A stretch of DNA of 63,992 nucleotides, counting the filler, from Dimargaris cristalligena (Eukaryota): the NCBI GenBank assembly GCA_003614675.1. It is 5 parts of 5 records of this genome, joined end to end, with 100 filler letters (N's around TTAATTAATTAA, not from the genome) between each part and the next. Parts side by side here need not be neighbours in the genome. Positions count along the whole stretch, not along the records: positions 51,958 to 63,992 come from ML003062.1; 4 more parts are not named here. The stretch is one strand, 5' to 3'. Below the pieces are notes generated by a model. That model was not told where the DNA came from. It worked only from the letters and a program-made list of their open reading frames with translations, and ran no database searches. The position numbers and the translations under genes were made by a program. Of the stretch, positions 61,748 to 63,992 are shown one piece after another (position 1 is the first letter of the stretch; every line of letters begins with the position of its first letter).

Positions 61748-63228
61748 ATGGTCAAGGAAACTAAGCTTTACGATTCGCTCGGCGTGGACCCTTCCGCCAC
61801 CGATTCCGAAATTAAGAAGGCCTACCGGAAACTGGCACTGAAGTATCACCCTGACAAGGTAAGTCTTTCCACTCCTGTTGGTCTCTTTTGGACCTCTTTG
61901 TTCGGTAATTTTCCTTACCTCTGATGGCTCCCTGTTCTCTCCATTATACCCCCTTAGTCTACTACTACTATTACCATTATTTCTACCCGCTACCGGTTAT
62001 TTAGTTTAGTCTGTGCGGCTCAAGGGGCCAGTTCACTTTCTATATGGTCATCCAACCCTGAAAACCCCTTTCTCACCAAGCCATTCTCCCACTCTATTGT
62101 ACTTTACCATCTCTACAGAACCCCAACGAGGGCGAAAAATTCAAGGAAATCTCCCATGCCTATGAGATTCTGTCCGACGGCGAGAAGCGCGAGATCTACG
62201 ACCGTGCGGGCGAGGAAGGCCTCAACGGCGGCGGTATGGAAGGCGGCATGACCGCTGAGGACCTCTTCTCCCACTTCTTCGGTGGTGGCGGCGGCGGCTT
62301 CGGTGGTGGTGGTCGTCGGGGCCAGCCCGCTGGTCCTCGTCGGGGCAAGGATACCGCATATGTGCTCAAGGTGTCCCTGGAAGAACTGTACAAGGGTAAG
62401 ACCACCAAGCTGGCCTTTAACAAAACCATTCTGTGTTCCAAGTGCGACGGCAAGGGCGGCAAGGACGTGCGTACCTGCTCCGGCTGTAACGGCCAGGGTA
62501 TCAAGGTCACTCTGCGGCACCTGGGCCCCATGGTCCAGCAGATCCAGCAAACCTGTTCCGAATGTAACGGTGCCGGTCAAATCATTCCCGAAAAGAGCCG
62601 GTGCAAGGGCTGTAACGGCCAGAAGACTGTCTCCGAACGCAAGGTGTTCGAGGTCCACGTTGACAAGGGCATGAAGGACGGTCAGAAGATCGTCTTCAAC
62701 GGCGAGGCCGACCAGGCCCCCGATACCATCCCCGGCGATGTCGTCATTGTGGTCGAGGAGAAGCCCCACCCCTATCTCAAGCGCAAGGGCGACGACCTGT
62801 ACTACGATGCCAAGATTGACCTGCTGACCGCTCTAGCTGGTGGAAAATTCCACCTGAAGCACCTGGACGACCGCAAGCTGGTTGTGAACATTCTGCCCGG
62901 CGAGGTCATCAAGCCCGGCGACACCAAGTGCATCACCGGCGAGGGTATGCCCTCGTACCGCCACCACAACAACGGCAACCTCTTCATCAACTTCCAAATC
63001 GATTTCCCCGCCGCCAACTGGACCAACCCCGAGACGATCGCTCAGCTCGAAGCCATTCTACCGGCCCGCCCCGCTCTGTCCCCTGTGCCTGAAACCGAGG
63101 CCGAAGAGGTGTACCTCAGCAACCTGGATGCCTCGCAAAAGTCGCGGGCCCACAATATGGAGGGCGATAGTGACGATGAAATGCACGGTGGCCACGGCGG
63201 ACCCGGTGTCCAGTGTGCCCAGCAATAA
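61748..63228 (+). CDS. YDJ1: Type I DnaJ/Hsp40 co-chaperone, 2 coding exons (61748-61858, 62119-63228)
   Basis: [10 protein letters not shown]-domain HPDK, G/F region, four CxxCxGxG repeats, C-terminal CAQQ farnesylation box, and strong C-ending codon bias. Confidence 0.97.
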
Positions 63229-63992
63229 GCAGCAGGATCGTAGTGGTGACGGGCACAATCAATCAAGCAAACGGTCCATTTTGACATTATTTCCCCCTTG
63301 TCTCCACTCTTGTTCGTTTGCATCGCCCATTCGCTGATTATATACGCATCTGTTCTTGGTGAATAAACTATACACAACCTAACGTTGGATTCGCCTCGCT
63401 TTGCCTTTTCAGTTGCCTAAGTATATCGGATCCATGGCCACTCTTTCTTGCCCCACTACTGCTTACATTTCCGTACTGTATCTGAGCCTGTAAGCTGTTC
63501 ATCATATGCGTTATCTTCGATTTCATTTTTATTCAGTAACCATCTGCTCACCTCTTCAACTATAGCTCTCGCATACCCTTCCTTAGCTATTATCTATTTC
63601 CACATATCCATAACCCACCCCCCTCCCTCAAAACCGTATTTTAATTTGGCGGGCGATTTTTATTATTATTGGCACTGCCATCAGTATTATCTAGTATATG
63701 CTCGTTCCTTCACCTAGTTTCTTTGGCGGCAGACTACCCCGTTCCCTTCTCGCTTCCACTTCTAAAATCATTACGCGTAGTCAGACGAACATATGTTCCT
63801 CTCTTTCTTTGTCATACATGATTCTAGTTGAAACCTAAAAGAAGATTTCTTCGGCTTTTCACACATTAAAGTACTTTGGGAATATCGATAAACCGGCTGA
63901 GCTGCAACTATATGGGAGTAATTCAACAAGGCTGTATTGTAACCAAGTGGGCCGAGTAGGGCCAAGAACTATAGATAAGAATAACAAAGATG

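Noticed and set aside
7278..62769. Long antisense or overlapping ORFs (e.g. 7935-8681, 36590-37399, 55524-56252, 62113-62769)
   Set aside because: They are shadows of GC3-biased coding strands and contain no recognisable domains.

Overview
This is eukaryotic, intron-containing fungal genomic DNA. It is probably an early-diverging lineage, inferred from GT-AG introns, a fungal class I myosin and a retained BRWD/PHIP-type gene; the exact taxon cannot be determined here. The window is NOT one locus: it is five contigs (1-12907, 13008-25904, 26005-38881, 38982-51857, 51958-end) joined by artificial 100-nt N44-TTAATTAATTAA-N44 linkers, apparently in descending size order. Contig 1: TMX-like thioredoxin, R3H/SUZ protein, myosin I, and a truncated low-complexity ORF. 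Contig 2: decayed repeats, TUM1/MST sulfurtransferase, TRM82, MRX11-like, EB1, and a truncated hexokinase. Contig 3: decayed LTR-like repeats, two LITAF paralogues, an orphan secreted protein, and truncated CHD1. Contig 4: a gene-poor AT-rich stretch and a BRWD1/PHIP-like gene. Contig 5: a repeat relic, DUS3, an R3HDM4-like protein, and YDJ1. Most genes are housekeeping and I found no convincing novel multi-gene system. The best leads are a secreted orphan carrying intracellular 14-3-3/PKA motifs, a myosin I lacking its acidic Arp2/3 tail, CpG-eroded nested LTR-like repeats, and a splice-phase anomaly in the BRWD gene. Exon boundaries were derived by hand.
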